A stretch of 64,000 nucleotides of DNA from Adineta vaga. Taxonomy: Eukaryota; Animalia; Rotifera. The notes beneath the pieces were generated by a model. That model was not told the origin of the DNA, did no database searches, and worked only from the letters and a program-made list of their open reading frames with translations. A program made the position numbers and the translations under genes. The stretch is taken from NCBI GenBank assembly GCA_021613535.1, contig CP075494.1:13640001-13704000 (forward strand). Reading direction: 5' to 3'. Below are positions 1-12,451 of this stretch, piece after piece; within the stretch, counting starts at the first letter, position 1; the number at the start of each line of letters is the position of its first letter.

Positions 1-586
1 TCTATTTATATACATATGATAAAGAACAAATGGATTACAACATCTTCGTCAAGAAACCGGTGAAACGTATCGCGACAATATATCATCTTTAATACTTGTC
101 CTAGTTTTCCGGACAAAACTATTAGACTTTCTTAATGAAACTAACCAGATGTTTGATGTATAATTACATAAAAATATATATATTTATGTAAATATCTTTT
201 TGCTTTCTTTTCGTTTATCTCTGCCTTGATTTTTCAAGTTCATTCACTACACTAATATACAGCATGCATCACTTCAAATGCATTGACGCATAGATCATTT
301 TCTATTATCAATTTGCATATGATCAAATTTAACAAAAACCGAAGACGAAGAAAAGAAATCGACGAGTGTACAATCGAACGAATGAAAAAGAAAGCGTATA
401 CACAATTGGTTTGATTGTAATGTGTATGTATATGTACTTATAATAACGAGCCATCGCGTTTCTGATGTATATTTTTCATGAAAAGAATGACGAGAGAGAG
501 ACAAAATGAAAGACTTTTAAATGTATTTTTAACTCTCAGACATAGACATTCTCAAGGATTTCTGTTATTGAAAGAAGAATATTTAC

Positions 587-1062
587 CCGTTTGTTTTATC
601 GGTATGTCGATTATCTGGTTTGCAATTGATATTCCTGTCTTATCTGTATTTTTTTCTTTGCTATTCCCTATGAAAAGATAAATATACAAAAGCGAGTAAG
701 CGATCCATTATCGTACCGATATCATTTAGCGGTTGTTGATATTCTTCGACAGTTTGCTCTTGTACATTGATTGGCGATTGTTGTGCAAGAGTTTTAACAA
801 GATCAAGATCAAGTGAAACTGGTCGTTTCATACGTTTTTTTAACCAACCACGTCCGATACACATGGGTATAGGTGTTTGTTGTGTGTTGATATTAAGTTG
901 TGATTTATAATGTTGAGATTCTTTGGAAATTGGTAATGTATTATTGGTTGTTGTTGCTGTTTTATTTCGAAATATTGACAGATTTCTTGTCGAAAGAAAA
1001 TGACTAAGAAATGCATTGCGTTTTTTTGGTCCATTTGCGCTGCCTGGAGTGGCTGATGCCAT
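587..1062 (-). CDS. Two coding exons (1062-717, 667-587) at the 5' end of an unidentified gene continuing beyond the left edge
   Basis: ATG at 1062 opens MASATPGSANGPKKRNAFLSHFL...; phase-1 donor G|GTACGA at 717; 49-nt intron; acceptor ttcatag; 81-nt in-frame exon (GNSKEKNTDKTGISIANQIIDIPIKQT) ending G|GTAAAT. Confidence 0.7.
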
Positions 1063-2335
1063 TGATTGATGAAAATAGGTGGAAGAAAGAAAGGAAGGAA
1101 ACGAGCAAGGTAAAGGTGGACTCTTTGAGTCTATTTTGTATAATACAGTCTCAGCAAAAGGATCTTTTCTCTCACTTCTTTTGACATACATACATATACA
1201 TAACGTTTCTTTCTTTTCTCGTTCTGTTGTATACTCTCGATTTTTTTTCTTTCTTTTTTTCTTCTTCTTCCATTCTCTTCGATTTCTTTTTTCTTTTCCT
1301 TCGACATTTCTTCATCAGAACACCTGAATACTTGCACATAACTAATATACAACAAAAAAAAGCGAAACAGGCGAGAAGCAAATATGTCGAATGACATTTG
1401 GAAAATGTGTCCGATTATCGTGAAATAAAAAGAAAACCTTCGATGTCATACGGACACGAAAGACCCATTGAACACACATATGTTTATAATTATAATTATA
1501 AATGTTACATCAAACATGTGTGTAGAAATGAATATTGAAAAATTTGTTACAAAAGATGTTTCAATGAATAATTTCTCTATTTATGACATTCAATTGTCAT
1601 ATACTTATCAAGTCATATTCTATGATTAACCTTTGAAAGAAAATTTTCTTTGCTTATTCATTCAAACAATCATAAAACAAGATATACATGACAATGATTT
1701 TAATCACGAAAAGAAGTATTCTTATAGGTAATTCAAGAACTATTTCTAACACAATGTTGTTTCTGGGATTTAGAAACGAAATGATATTTGAATTGATAGA
1801 TTATATGAACAAACGTTAATGAAAATCTATATCGTTTTCTTTTTTGTCTTTACTTTAACTCCTTCTTTTAACTTTGTTCAATACTTTCATATTGACAGGT
1901 ATCCAATCCAATCTTCTTGATATATACATAACTATATTCATTCATCCATTCAATACTCCACCCTAACCAACTCTAATTACACACCTTCAGTTTTAATACA
2001 GTTGCCTACAAAGCTTTCTCTCTCTCTCTTTTTATCTACTCGAGCAAAAAAAAAAGAAAGATTACATCATGCTTTTTCTTTATGTTATCGATATATGTTT
2101 AACAGGTATTCATTTCTTCATTTTTTACATATAACGTTAAACATATGAATGTTCGTATGAAACTTTTCTCTGATTTAAAAAAAAAAAGAAAAATTTGATA
2201 TGTGTCAAGTCCAATTAGAACTGAACGTTAAGAAAATGAAGTGAAGAGGAAGAAGAGAAGAACTCTTGAAAATCACTTGTGATTTTCGTCGTTAAACAAT
2301 AGGCCTGTCCGTCAGGCAACAGATGGACATATTAC

Positions 2336-2498
2336 CTTTAATTTTCGATTGAGAAAATATTGGTCGAACAGAAATTTGTTCTTTGTAGTGATGAATACGA
2401 GTTGGTAATGGACTACTTGTTTTAAGTTTATACAACGATGAAGTGTTGTTTTTCGAAGACGACGAAGGTTTGGATGAACATGTTGGAGTGTTGCCCAT
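2336..2498 (-). CDS. Candidate alternative first coding exon (MGNTPTCSS...KIK) with N-myristoylation motif
   Basis: ATG at 2498 in AAATGG context; 163 nt open; phase-1 donor AAAG|GTAATA. Confidence 0.65.
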
Positions 2499-2937
2499 TT
2501 CAAATAATAATAATAAGAAGAAGACCACGACGGACTAATTGTATACTTTGAATTCGGCCTTCTTCTTGGTTTCGTTTTGTATTTTCGTAATCGCGGTACG
2601 TGTTATTCTTCTTCGTTTTTAAATTCGATGTGTTGCTTTTTCTCTACTTAATCACAGGTCAATATTGAGAGATTAGTTTTTTTGCAAAAATATTCCATTT
2701 AATAACATCAACTTGATGTTTAAAGATAAATGTCCATTTAAGTGCGACGAATAAAAAAAAGTTTGAAGAAAAAAAATCCAACAACGTACATATACTCAAG
2801 TGCTTATGGTAGTCAATAGGCAGCAGCGGATAAGTGGCATTTTTTTAAAATTGCAATTATTATTAATGTTGAGCAATTGCTGACACAATGAAAGCAAGTA
2901 AAGAGAATAAGAGAGCAAACGAGAAGAGAAAAGGAGA

Positions 2938-2966
<29 letters not shown>
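2938..2966 (+). repeat. (AAT)n microsatellite
   Basis: Direct reading. Other simple repeats include (TA)n ~3809-3831 and ~11683-11705 and (GAA)n ~8063-8090, ~12598-12619 and ~62353-62378. Confidence 0.95.
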
Positions 2967-2971
<5 letters not shown>

Positions 2972-4045
2972 GACAAATCACAGGCAATATGCCGATATAG
3001 TACGATATTTTCTCTATATATCAACGCATGTATATACATGAACGGTGGGACATCCGATACCATCGTTATTGAGCAGAGATGACAAGAAAATTGATTTCTT
3101 TTTTTTCTCCCTCTCTCTCTCTCTGCCTTATTTTATTCATGGATGTTAATACAGAGGAGGTTATTTGTATAAGTTAACGTATCTGAACAGTTTTTATCAT
3201 TAAATGAGCATCTTTCACTTGATCATTCGAGGACGAAACAAGTTGATCAAATAAGAAATAGAAGAAGAAAAAAATCTCGACTATATTTTCTATTCTTATT
3301 CTTTGATTCAATCATTTCTATCGAAGTTCAATTGAGTTGAATAATACTAAGCATGCAAACTATGCATGCGCATGGCTAGTTCATTCATTGTTCATCTTAG
3401 ATAGGAGAATATTGAACTACTACTACTACAGATGAGTGAATCCTCTTTACCTTGTATTTACGCTAGATGCACTTTTGCTTCCAAGCAAGCAGATGACGAT
3501 GTTGATGATGACGATCATCATCATCCTCATCATCATGATCAATTGAGTATATTTTATTGACCTTACTCAAGAACGATGTTGTATACTCAGATACGTAATA
3601 TGCATCAAAAGAAGGAAAAAAAATACAAACATTTCTTGTCTTTTATCATAACTACAACACAGATGTACACATTAGAATACATCAGTCGAACAAAAATACT
3701 AAGCTCAATGAATTATCATCATCATCATCATGAAAAATAAACTTCTACATTTCCTCATTATTCAATGTAAGTTGATCTAACGAGATTTATTTCCATACAC
3801 ATCTGCGAGATATATATATATATATATATATGCAGTGAACCTTGAGATTTAGTTAATAGTCGCAAGAAAAGAAAATGTCATCGCATCCGATTGATAAAAG
3901 GAAAACATTGTAATCAATATGTATAAAATCAACTTCGTCGCAGTTTTTCTTAGAAAAAAAAAGGAACGAAAACATTGGTTTAGATTACTAGATAAATCAA
4001 GTTTCTTCATAGAACGCTACATGGCATACATTCATTCATCATTAC

Positions 4046-4157
4046 CTCGTTCATATGCAGTTCGTGAAGCTGAAACTGATCGTCGAGCATTTTCTGACGA
4101 TGGTGGTGGTGGTGGTGCCGTTGGATTAAAACGTTTATAAAAATTCGATCGATACAT
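4046..4157 (-). CDS. Candidate alternative first coding exon MYRSNFYKRFNPTAPPPPPSSENARRSVSASRTAYER
   Basis: ATG at 4157; 112 nt open with host-like codons (CCA, CGA, TCA, GCA); phase-1 donor CGAG|GTAATG. Absent from the ORF track. Confidence 0.65.
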
Positions 4158-4547
4158 AATTCAATTGAATATGAACACTTTTACTTCGGAAAAAAACAAC
4201 GTCTTAGCGCTGCTATTGGTAATGTCGTTGTCGCATGTAGTGCCAGTTGCGGTCGTCGTTCGATTAGTTCCACTGAGACATTTTCTTTTTTTCTATTCTA
4301 TATTCTCTGTCAGTTTCTTTTCTCTTTTCTATGTACGGTCGTTGTTTGAATGTAAAAAAAAATCGCCGACGATGAGTCGCCAAAAAAAAGAAGAAGAAGA
4401 AGAAGAACAAGAGAAAAAGAAATGTTCCGCTAGACGATAAATGATCTTCTTCTTCTTCTGCTTCTGTGAGAGAATGATAAACAAATACACATGCATAGGA
4501 AATGACAGCGCAAAGAAATTCATTAGATAAACAAACATCAATCCTAC

Positions 4548-7344
4548 CTTGAAAATTTTGTGATGATAATATTTCGTATAATTTCTTGTCAATAAATGGA
4601 CTGAGAAATTGATCATATTGTCGTTCATTAAATAGTTTCAAATAGTTCGATTGATAATCAAGTATATAAATATTTGATGATGATGATTTTTTTTGAAAAG
4701 TGATAAATTCATTATTAGCTAATGGTAATAATTGTAATTCGAGAACAAGACCAGGATCAGGATCATTTAAAATTATATAAGTTAATAATGATATTTTTTG
4801 TTCATAGGTTAAACGCGTAAGTATTGAAACATTTTTTGATAATAATTCCGATGCATGAAATGGTGTCATCACTTGTAAATAATGTTTATTCGAATATTTA
4901 CATAAACCATTGATCACATGCGAGGGAAGAATAACAATAGGTGCATTAGCTTCAGAAAAGACATATGTTAGAACATCTTGTATCGAACCTGATTGAACAT
5001 TATTTATAATCATATCTTCAATTGCGACATAACCCCAACCATCAGTAACAGAATAGAATAATTCTTGTTTACCTAAATATGCATTCCAATCAAAGATTTT
5101 TTGTTCTATAGAATAATCAGAGGTCGAGGTTATTACTATGAGAATTTATCCATTCTTTTTCTCAGTAATTATTCTTTTAGGTTGTAATGCTTTTAGTCTT
5201 TCTCTTTTTTTTTGACTGAATACAAAGAAAAGTAATACAACGTCATCAATGATATTTTCTACTTATTAACAAATTAGTCTATTCCGGTTTAAAGTTTGCA
5301 TTCTATCATATAAGAATAGATCAAAGGTTGTGGAACGGTCAAGCCTAGAGCTACACATTATTCCAATGATATATACATAGTCAAAAAGAGAAGAAGAAAA
5401 GGTATTCTCTATGCCACCTAATCATTACGTATTATCCTTAAGATATCTCAGCTTATATAAGAAAGAAAAAGAACATCCCTTAAATAATGACATTTAAACT
5501 GTTGTTCATCGAAACATGATTGAAGAACGTTTGTCTAAGCAATATATATATATTAACATGAAGTGGTTGAAATTTCAATAAATTCCTCTTTGCATTTGTT
5601 TCAACTTACAATACATGTACACTTCAGTTTTTCAATATAAACATCTATACAATCGAACAAAATCAAGCATCTATAATTAGACTAAAATACGTATTACTAA
5701 TTGTACTGATAGAAAACATGATAATGTATTTCTGAAGGGCAAAAACTAAATCTCTATGATTGAATTATATAGATATAGATAAATCTAATTAACAAGATCA
5801 TAAAAAAGAAAGAACAACAACTATCATTCTTATTTTCTATAAAAACTTACCGATTTCTGCCCACATATCTGGTATAAGATGATTGATAATTTTGAGAAAT
5901 TGTTGTTGTGGTTGTAATAATGAATATTTTTGATTATCATTCAATAAACGTTGATGTTCATCAATATCAGGCATTAATTCCCAAATAAGATCAATCGTTA
6001 AATTGGATGTTGTTGTTGATGGTTTTATTAATCTTGAAAGATCTTTTAAAAACAAAGCATATGCTTTCGGAAATTGAATTTGTCGTAATTGAGTACAAAT
6101 GTCATCTTTACAAAATGTATTTAAAGATGGTATTATACAATAATAAAGTATTCGTGCAGCTGTAATTTGAATAGATTGATAATTTCGTGATAAACTTGAT
6201 AGAATGAATGCTTCAGGAGATAAAGAAAATGGAGTCAGAGGAAGAAGAAGTTTTAATTGTATGTCACGTTTATCACTTTCATTATAATCATTATAAATCG
6301 ATAATAACCAACGAGAAACATCACTAGAATATAAATATGATCTAATATTAATCTTTTATGTAAAACGTTGCTCAATTCTGTCTACTCGTAAGCTCTCACA
6401 ATCATACATAAGATTCGAAGCTAATCATCAATCTTAATTGAATAAAAGCAAAAATGATGCTAACCTTGTTTTGATCTCATCAATTTGTTTAGATAATGTC
6501 ATATGGATGAGTTGCGTTGTTGATTGAGCATCATGAATTGTTGTTAATATACGTTTATCAATTGATAAAAATCGTGTTAAACTTTGAAAATCTTTTGTAT
6601 AATCAAATTCAATATTGTTTATATTTGTTTGATTTAATAATAATTCAGTAAATGATTCATTGGAAATGAAATAACGAAGAATTTGTTGTTTAATATCATC
6701 TAAATTTTGTATATGTGATGCGATTTGTGTTGTTGAAGTTTGTCGTAATGGTAAACGTATTAATGTTCCATTATAAAATGTTTTCGATTTTAAAAGAAAA
6801 TAATCTAATGGAGAAAATTGATCTTGAAACATTTCAATATCGTCATTTTCAAGATCGAATATGGAAACATATGCACGTTCATCATTTGTCATACGTTCAT
6901 TCGGATCATAATAGACAACACGTGAACCACTTAATATACAAAGAAAATCTGTTAAATGAAAAAATGATGAAGCTGTCTTGGATATTGTCGATGTAGATTC
7001 ATGAATACCAAAAACATCTTCCCATTGTTGTTCGCTTAATTGAGCATCGTAAGTAATACATAATGCAACACCTTGATAGGAGGAAAATTCATCATTAATC
7101 AATGTTTGGGTCTCATAACATCGATCAACAAGATATCCATGAATAGTTGAAGCACCTAAAGATTGACCATAAGTTAAAAATGTTGATATTAAATCACATG
7201 AAGGTGGAACAGATGTTAATAGAGCACGAATTATATCACGTAATTGAAAGACTGGTGACGATATAATACGCATTTTTGCATACTGTACGTTTGGCGATGA
7301 ATCGTCTCCGGATGTATTGAGATTTGTTAAAGTAACAGGTGATT
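4548..7344 (-). CDS. Three exons (7344-6465, 6341-5851, 5072-4548) encoding one degenerate sacsin-repeat region (Hsp90-like N-terminal fold plus downstream subrepeats)
   Basis: Sacsin-like motifs YQGVALCITYDAQLS, SFFHLTD..ILSGSRVVYYDP, FQDQFSP, YNGTLIRLPLR, PKAYALFLKDL..IWELMP, LQLLPLANNEF. All junctions are GT-AG and keep frame (phases 1-2-1-1). Confidence 0.8.
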
Positions 7345-7960
7345 CTAAATGTAAAAAAATATAAAGTTTTCTTTTTCATCATGTTGATTTAACCGCGTCT
7401 CAATTTCGATATGAAAAGTAACAAGAAGGAGAAGGTTATTCATGTAAATGATTAAGTCTATAACTGTCTAAATATTGTTGTTTTTCTTCGAAGAAAAAAT
7501 AATAGTGATTCATCGATATTTCGATTTTGTTGTTGTTCTTATCAAAAGACAATAAATAGATCGTTCGTCCATCATCATCATTGTCTCTCTGACATATCCA
7601 TATATTTATGTGAAGTATAAAATCAAATCATCATCTACCAATGACTCGCTTACAATCGGATAAACTAATATTGATCGAAATAAACAAAGAAAAAAGCAAT
7701 CTGATTGAAGAGTTCTTCATTTCTTTATCCCATATGAATAAAAGTTGGATGAGAGAACAATTCAGCAGTTTTTTTTTTACTTTTCTTCTTATTTCGTTAG
7801 TTCGATACAAAGTAATCGGATACTTTGCCAAATGTTTGTTCTTTCTTCTTGTTCGTCTTCGTACATTACAAATGAAAAAAAAATCGTGTAAATGACCACT
7901 AGCACTACTATCAACACTATGGGAGATTGGCGATAATAGTCTTGCATTTGCGCAACTTAC

Positions 7961-7991
7961 CCGAATTAAACTTATCGGGATGCATATCCAT
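7961..7991 (-). CDS. Candidate short alternative first exon MDMHPDKFNS
   Basis: ATG at 7991; 31 nt; consensus phase-1 donor CGG|GTAAGT; in frame with the sacsin acceptor at 7344. Confidence 0.55.
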
Positions 7992-9705
7992 CAAAAATAA
8001 CAACAAGTTCGGTCACGTCAGCTACCTGCTTCTACCAATACTAATTGTTTTGTTCTCGCCGAGAAGAAGAAGAAGAAGAAGAAGAAGAAGAGATGAGCAC
8101 CCTTGCTTTGTACGTATGCATGTACATATATGATGGACGGTAAAGAATGAATGAATGAAGGGCGATTGGAGGAAGAGAGACAAGGAGACAATATATGTAT
8201 ATACGTATATATAAATATACGACCGAAAGAAATATGTCGACCTTATCACATCCACCTATAGTAACAATGACAGAGAATTTAAGTAACTTAGTCTATTTCG
8301 AAGCTCGTGTATAAACGAGGTCTTTTCAATTTACCTATCAAAAACAAATTATGCTCTAAACGCGCGCGCGCTTCCGTTGGTACCTAGTGTAGAGATTTAT
8401 TCACAAACGTCGTATGATGAAATGGCATGCACCTCGTTTTTTTTTGTTTGTCTTTTTCTAACGATTAAATTTCAGTTTGTCTCCGTTAAAACGTGAGTTT
8501 TATTTTAAATAAGTAGATAGATAGATTAACGAGTTTATTCTTTGTCTTGATAGATATATTTATGATAAAAAATATATTTTTAATGTCCTTTGAAACGGTA
8601 TATGTACTTTGAGATAAATGATAAGTATATGTTGTCAGTTAAGTTTCTTTATTAAAGAAATAAAAACGGTTATAGTCACGCATGAACATACACAGAACTA
8701 ATCGTTCTCATGAACAATAGAGACGAGCATAAAATTGATCGTACGTTGTTCTCTGATCAATTTTAACCAAGAAAGAAAGCAATACAATAATTGAGGTTTT
8801 CAATATGTTTATGTCAAAATTCAAATTAAACTTGACAGAATGAATGAAAAAACAATGAATCTTCAATTTTCAATCAAGATTTCTATTCACCTCAACAAGA
8901 TTACTAAACGATAAGAATAGCTTCGATATTCATACATAGTTTTCGAATATATTCTATGTGCAATGTGGATCTCTTTTTTTTCTGTAACTATTGAAAAAAT
9001 GTGAGTAAAGAAGAAAAAGAAAAAGAAAGGAAATCTTACTCGCTTCGAGATAGTAGACATTTACGATGATATACCATGTGTATATATAAATTTTACAACA
9101 CAAATAAGAGAAAATTTTCAAAAGAAATAATAGAAGAAAGAATAACCACCATAGAATTGTGTTAATAATAAAAAACAGCATTGCATAGAAGTTCTTTTTT
9201 TTCTATTATTATTTAATATTAACAGACATTACAAGTCAGATATGTCTTAGTGGATATCTGATCTTTTTTCAAGGTAATGTTTTATCGAAATAGTCATCAT
9301 TTTTCTAGGCAAACAGAAATCGAAGAACGAGGAATGGACTAATCGTGTAGTTTATGAGAAATAAATTGAATAGTATCCTGATGTTGATTATTATTCTAAG
9401 TGAAAAAAAAATAACCTACCTACTCGTCACTTTTTTTCTTACTAATCAAAGTCAGTTTCATTTGAATATATGACAAATCAGAAGAAAGAAATTTATCAAT
9501 CGGTCACTGAATACTCTCCCAACCTGTCACCATACTCACAAGGAAAAGAAAATGAACAACAGCTGGTTGATCAAATCAAATGTTTTATAGGTAAAAAAGA
9601 CCCGCAGAACTATCAATTTCTCGTCAAAAGTTAATCGTCGTCTTTCTAACCTTCACAAAACAAATTTCTCAACACATAAAAGATCAGCCTTGCTCTACGT
9701 CTTAC

Positions 9706-9715
9706 CGAACGTCAT
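9706..9715 (-). CDS. Candidate first exon with a 10-nt coding part (M-T-F)
   Basis: AAAAGCC-ATG-ACG-TTC-G|GTAAGA: good initiation context and strong phase-1 donor. Confidence 0.45.
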
Positions 9716-10199
9716 GGCTTTTGATGCGTCTGTTGTTTATAAAGAAATAATCATTCTTCTATTTCAGTTTTTTTTCTCTCTATAACAGTAGCCAAAAAAC
9801 ACGCACGCGAAATCGGTAATTTGAAAATAGACACAAGAAATGAATGGAAGAATGTGAGAAAAGAAAAACGAGCATCTATTACCTTTCCTATTAGTCTCGA
9901 AGTACATACTTGACTATAAAAAAAAAGAGACGAATATCCTATCGAGATTTCATCAACAATTAATCCTTTTATACATAACACGTGTGTATACATCGATGAG
10001 AAATCCTAATTCTATTGGGTAGTTATAAAATGGAATTAAACAAAGAAAAGAAAATCGATCCAATTTGATGTTATTGTTATATAATTTTTCGAAAAATATT
10101 TCTTTCTCAGACAAAAACTTTTCAAAAGAAACGAAAGTAAAAGAATTTATTCGATTTCTACGTTTTCTCCTTTGCAGAATAATCAGAAGTTGTACTTAC

Positions 10200-10443
10200 T
10201 GCTTTCTGGCATCATTATTGAATAGAACTTAGAAGAATCTATTTGATGTTCATTGATTAGTTCACAATTAGTGTCAATCAAAGAATCAGGTAGTTCTAGA
10301 AAAATAAATATATGACAAGTAATGAGAAAAACATTGTTAAGAAAATATTATTTCAACACAGACATTTGAATTTATTCTGAAAACATCTCACCTTGTTGCA
10401 TTGATGATGTTTTCTTCCCTCGTTTACGCTTATAACGCTTCAT
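10200..10443 (-). CDS. Candidate alternative N-terminus: exon 10443-10392 (MKRYKRKRGKKTSSMQQ) plus exon 10295-10200 (ELPDSLIDTNCELINEHQIDSSKFYSIMMPES)
   Basis: Donors CAAG|GTGAGA and GCA|GTAAGT, acceptor ttctag; both exons end in phase 1 and join the 7344 exon in frame. Confidence 0.65.
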
Positions 10444-12306
10444 TATAACAATAAATTACCAATAATAGGAATAATAAATAAGTAGCGCGAAGGAGAGAAA
10501 AAGAATCCTATCGATGTGGTTTATAGAATTTTATCGGCGTATTAATAAGAAGCAATGTGGACTGCTTTCGTGGTTAATGAAAATGATGAAGGAGTTTTTA
10601 TAAAAAATAGATGAGAGAGATTTTTTGTTATTGTTATTGTTCTCTTTCACTTGCTTGCTTATATCGTCTTGTTCATTATATCGAACGATCAACGACGACG
10701 AAACGGACGTTCAACGTTATGTGTGTGTGTGTGTGTGTTCATCAAAAAGGAAAAAGAAGCTTCACTTCGTCTTCTTTTTTTCTCTTTCTAAGTATATATA
10801 TATATACACAAACGTGGTGAACGCCTTGACACACGAGAGAAAGAGGTTATCAACACAAGTACTCATACTATACGCATCGTCAGCTCGCTGTGCATTTTTT
10901 CATTGCCTATAATGATCGTATGTTTGTTCAGCACACTGCGTGTTCAGAATTATGACACAATCTCTTCGAATGAATCGATTTTCAGACAGACAAACTTTTG
11001 TTTTTTTCAAAGTCTTCGATGCATCAGTCAGAACTGAGACGAATTTCGCAACAATCAAAATGATCATTTTTGTTTCATAATTCTTAAATTTCTCTGTTCA
11101 ATACAAAAGATCTCAAATATCAATTTTTGTCTCTTCTAACGAACGTAACTAGAAAATACTTATCTTCCCATATTCTGAACAACAAGTTAGCCTTCACTAA
11201 CACTAGATCTATTTTCTTTGTTTTTTGACATATTAATACGTAAAAAGAAAAGAAACTGTTCTATGATGAATAGTATAATGAACAAAAAAAAACAGTAGAT
11301 AACCTTGTCGTGTAAACCTTTTATTCTCAACCTTTCCAAACATGTTCATCAAGGTTTAAATACAGATAAAGAAGAAATTTTCTCTCTTTTCGTTTTTGTT
11401 CTTTTCTCATTGTGATCTTAACAAATTATCAGTTGACCAATAAACTAGTATAAAAATTTCTTTTACTTGTCAATTCATTGTTATATTTACTCTAATAATA
11501 TAGTACAGTAAATGAATAGAGGGTTCTTCTTTTTTCTCTATTATATATCTTTTACTTTTGACAGCAATGCATGTCATGTGTCCAAAGAGGAAGAACATAT
11601 TTCATTTTATTATTATCAATATCTCACATCATCATGATGATCATACCAAATATAAATGACTATTACTACCCTTCTATCTCTGTATATATATATATATATA
11701 TATAAGTATATATCTTATGAGAATGTCGATATGTAGTAAGAGATAGGACATATGAGCATAATATCTATCTATTCTATTAAAGAAGAATAAATGAATGAAG
11801 CATTTGGGAAGAGAAGAGAGTAAAGCAGTGAAACATATCGGTCGAGTAGCGCCTACAGATGTGTGTGCATGCTTAATTCTCTTTAGTAGTATAGCGAGAG
11901 AAAGATGATCAAAGCAACCAACTGCTTGACTATCGGATAATATGTGCGTGACTAAAACGATATTCGATCAATTTCAAGACACAAATCTTTTCCTTCAATT
12001 GGGTTTATTCTTTAAACCTGACGAAAATAAAGTTCGAGAGAAAACGACAAACTATTTAATCTTTGATTAAATTTCAGTTCAACCTTGAATGAATAACTTG
12101 TATTCTACACAAGTAAATGTTGTTCGAAGCATTTCATTCCACAAAACAAACAAATAAAGATGATTGATTGCAATAAAAAGAAAAAGAAAAGAAAAACGAC
12201 GAAGAATTCATTTTCATCTACACAAAGACGTGTCCTTGGTTCGTAATCTCGATTAAGTAGGAAAAAAATGAAAAAGAAGAAACTTGAAAAATGTCTAAAT
12301 GTCTAC

Positions 12307-12451
12307 CTGTTAATAGATGATTGTCGAGAATAGAAGAATTTTGCTTGATATGAGACGTATCAGTCGATGATGATTGACTATGAAGTGATGTAAGAATCGA
12401 GTCATTTTTATGGGTAATTGGACGAAAGATTTTCCGAAATTTTCGTATCAT
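12307..12451 (-). CDS. Candidate alternative first coding exon MIRKFRKIFRPITHKNDS...NHLLT
   Basis: ATG at 12451; 145 nt open; phase-1 donor ACAG|GTAGAC. Confidence 0.6.

Noticed and set aside
1324-1339. Additional phase-1 first exon MCKYS
   Set aside because: The donor GTGTTC is weak and the site reads equally well as an acceptor; kept only as a weak candidate.
3919-4140. Plus-strand ORF with RR...KR dibasic sites resembling a neuropeptide precursor
   Set aside because: No workable signal-peptide exon: the 3730-3766 candidate spliced to the best acceptor creates a stop. The antisense frame has an ATG, a strong donor and the array's phase.
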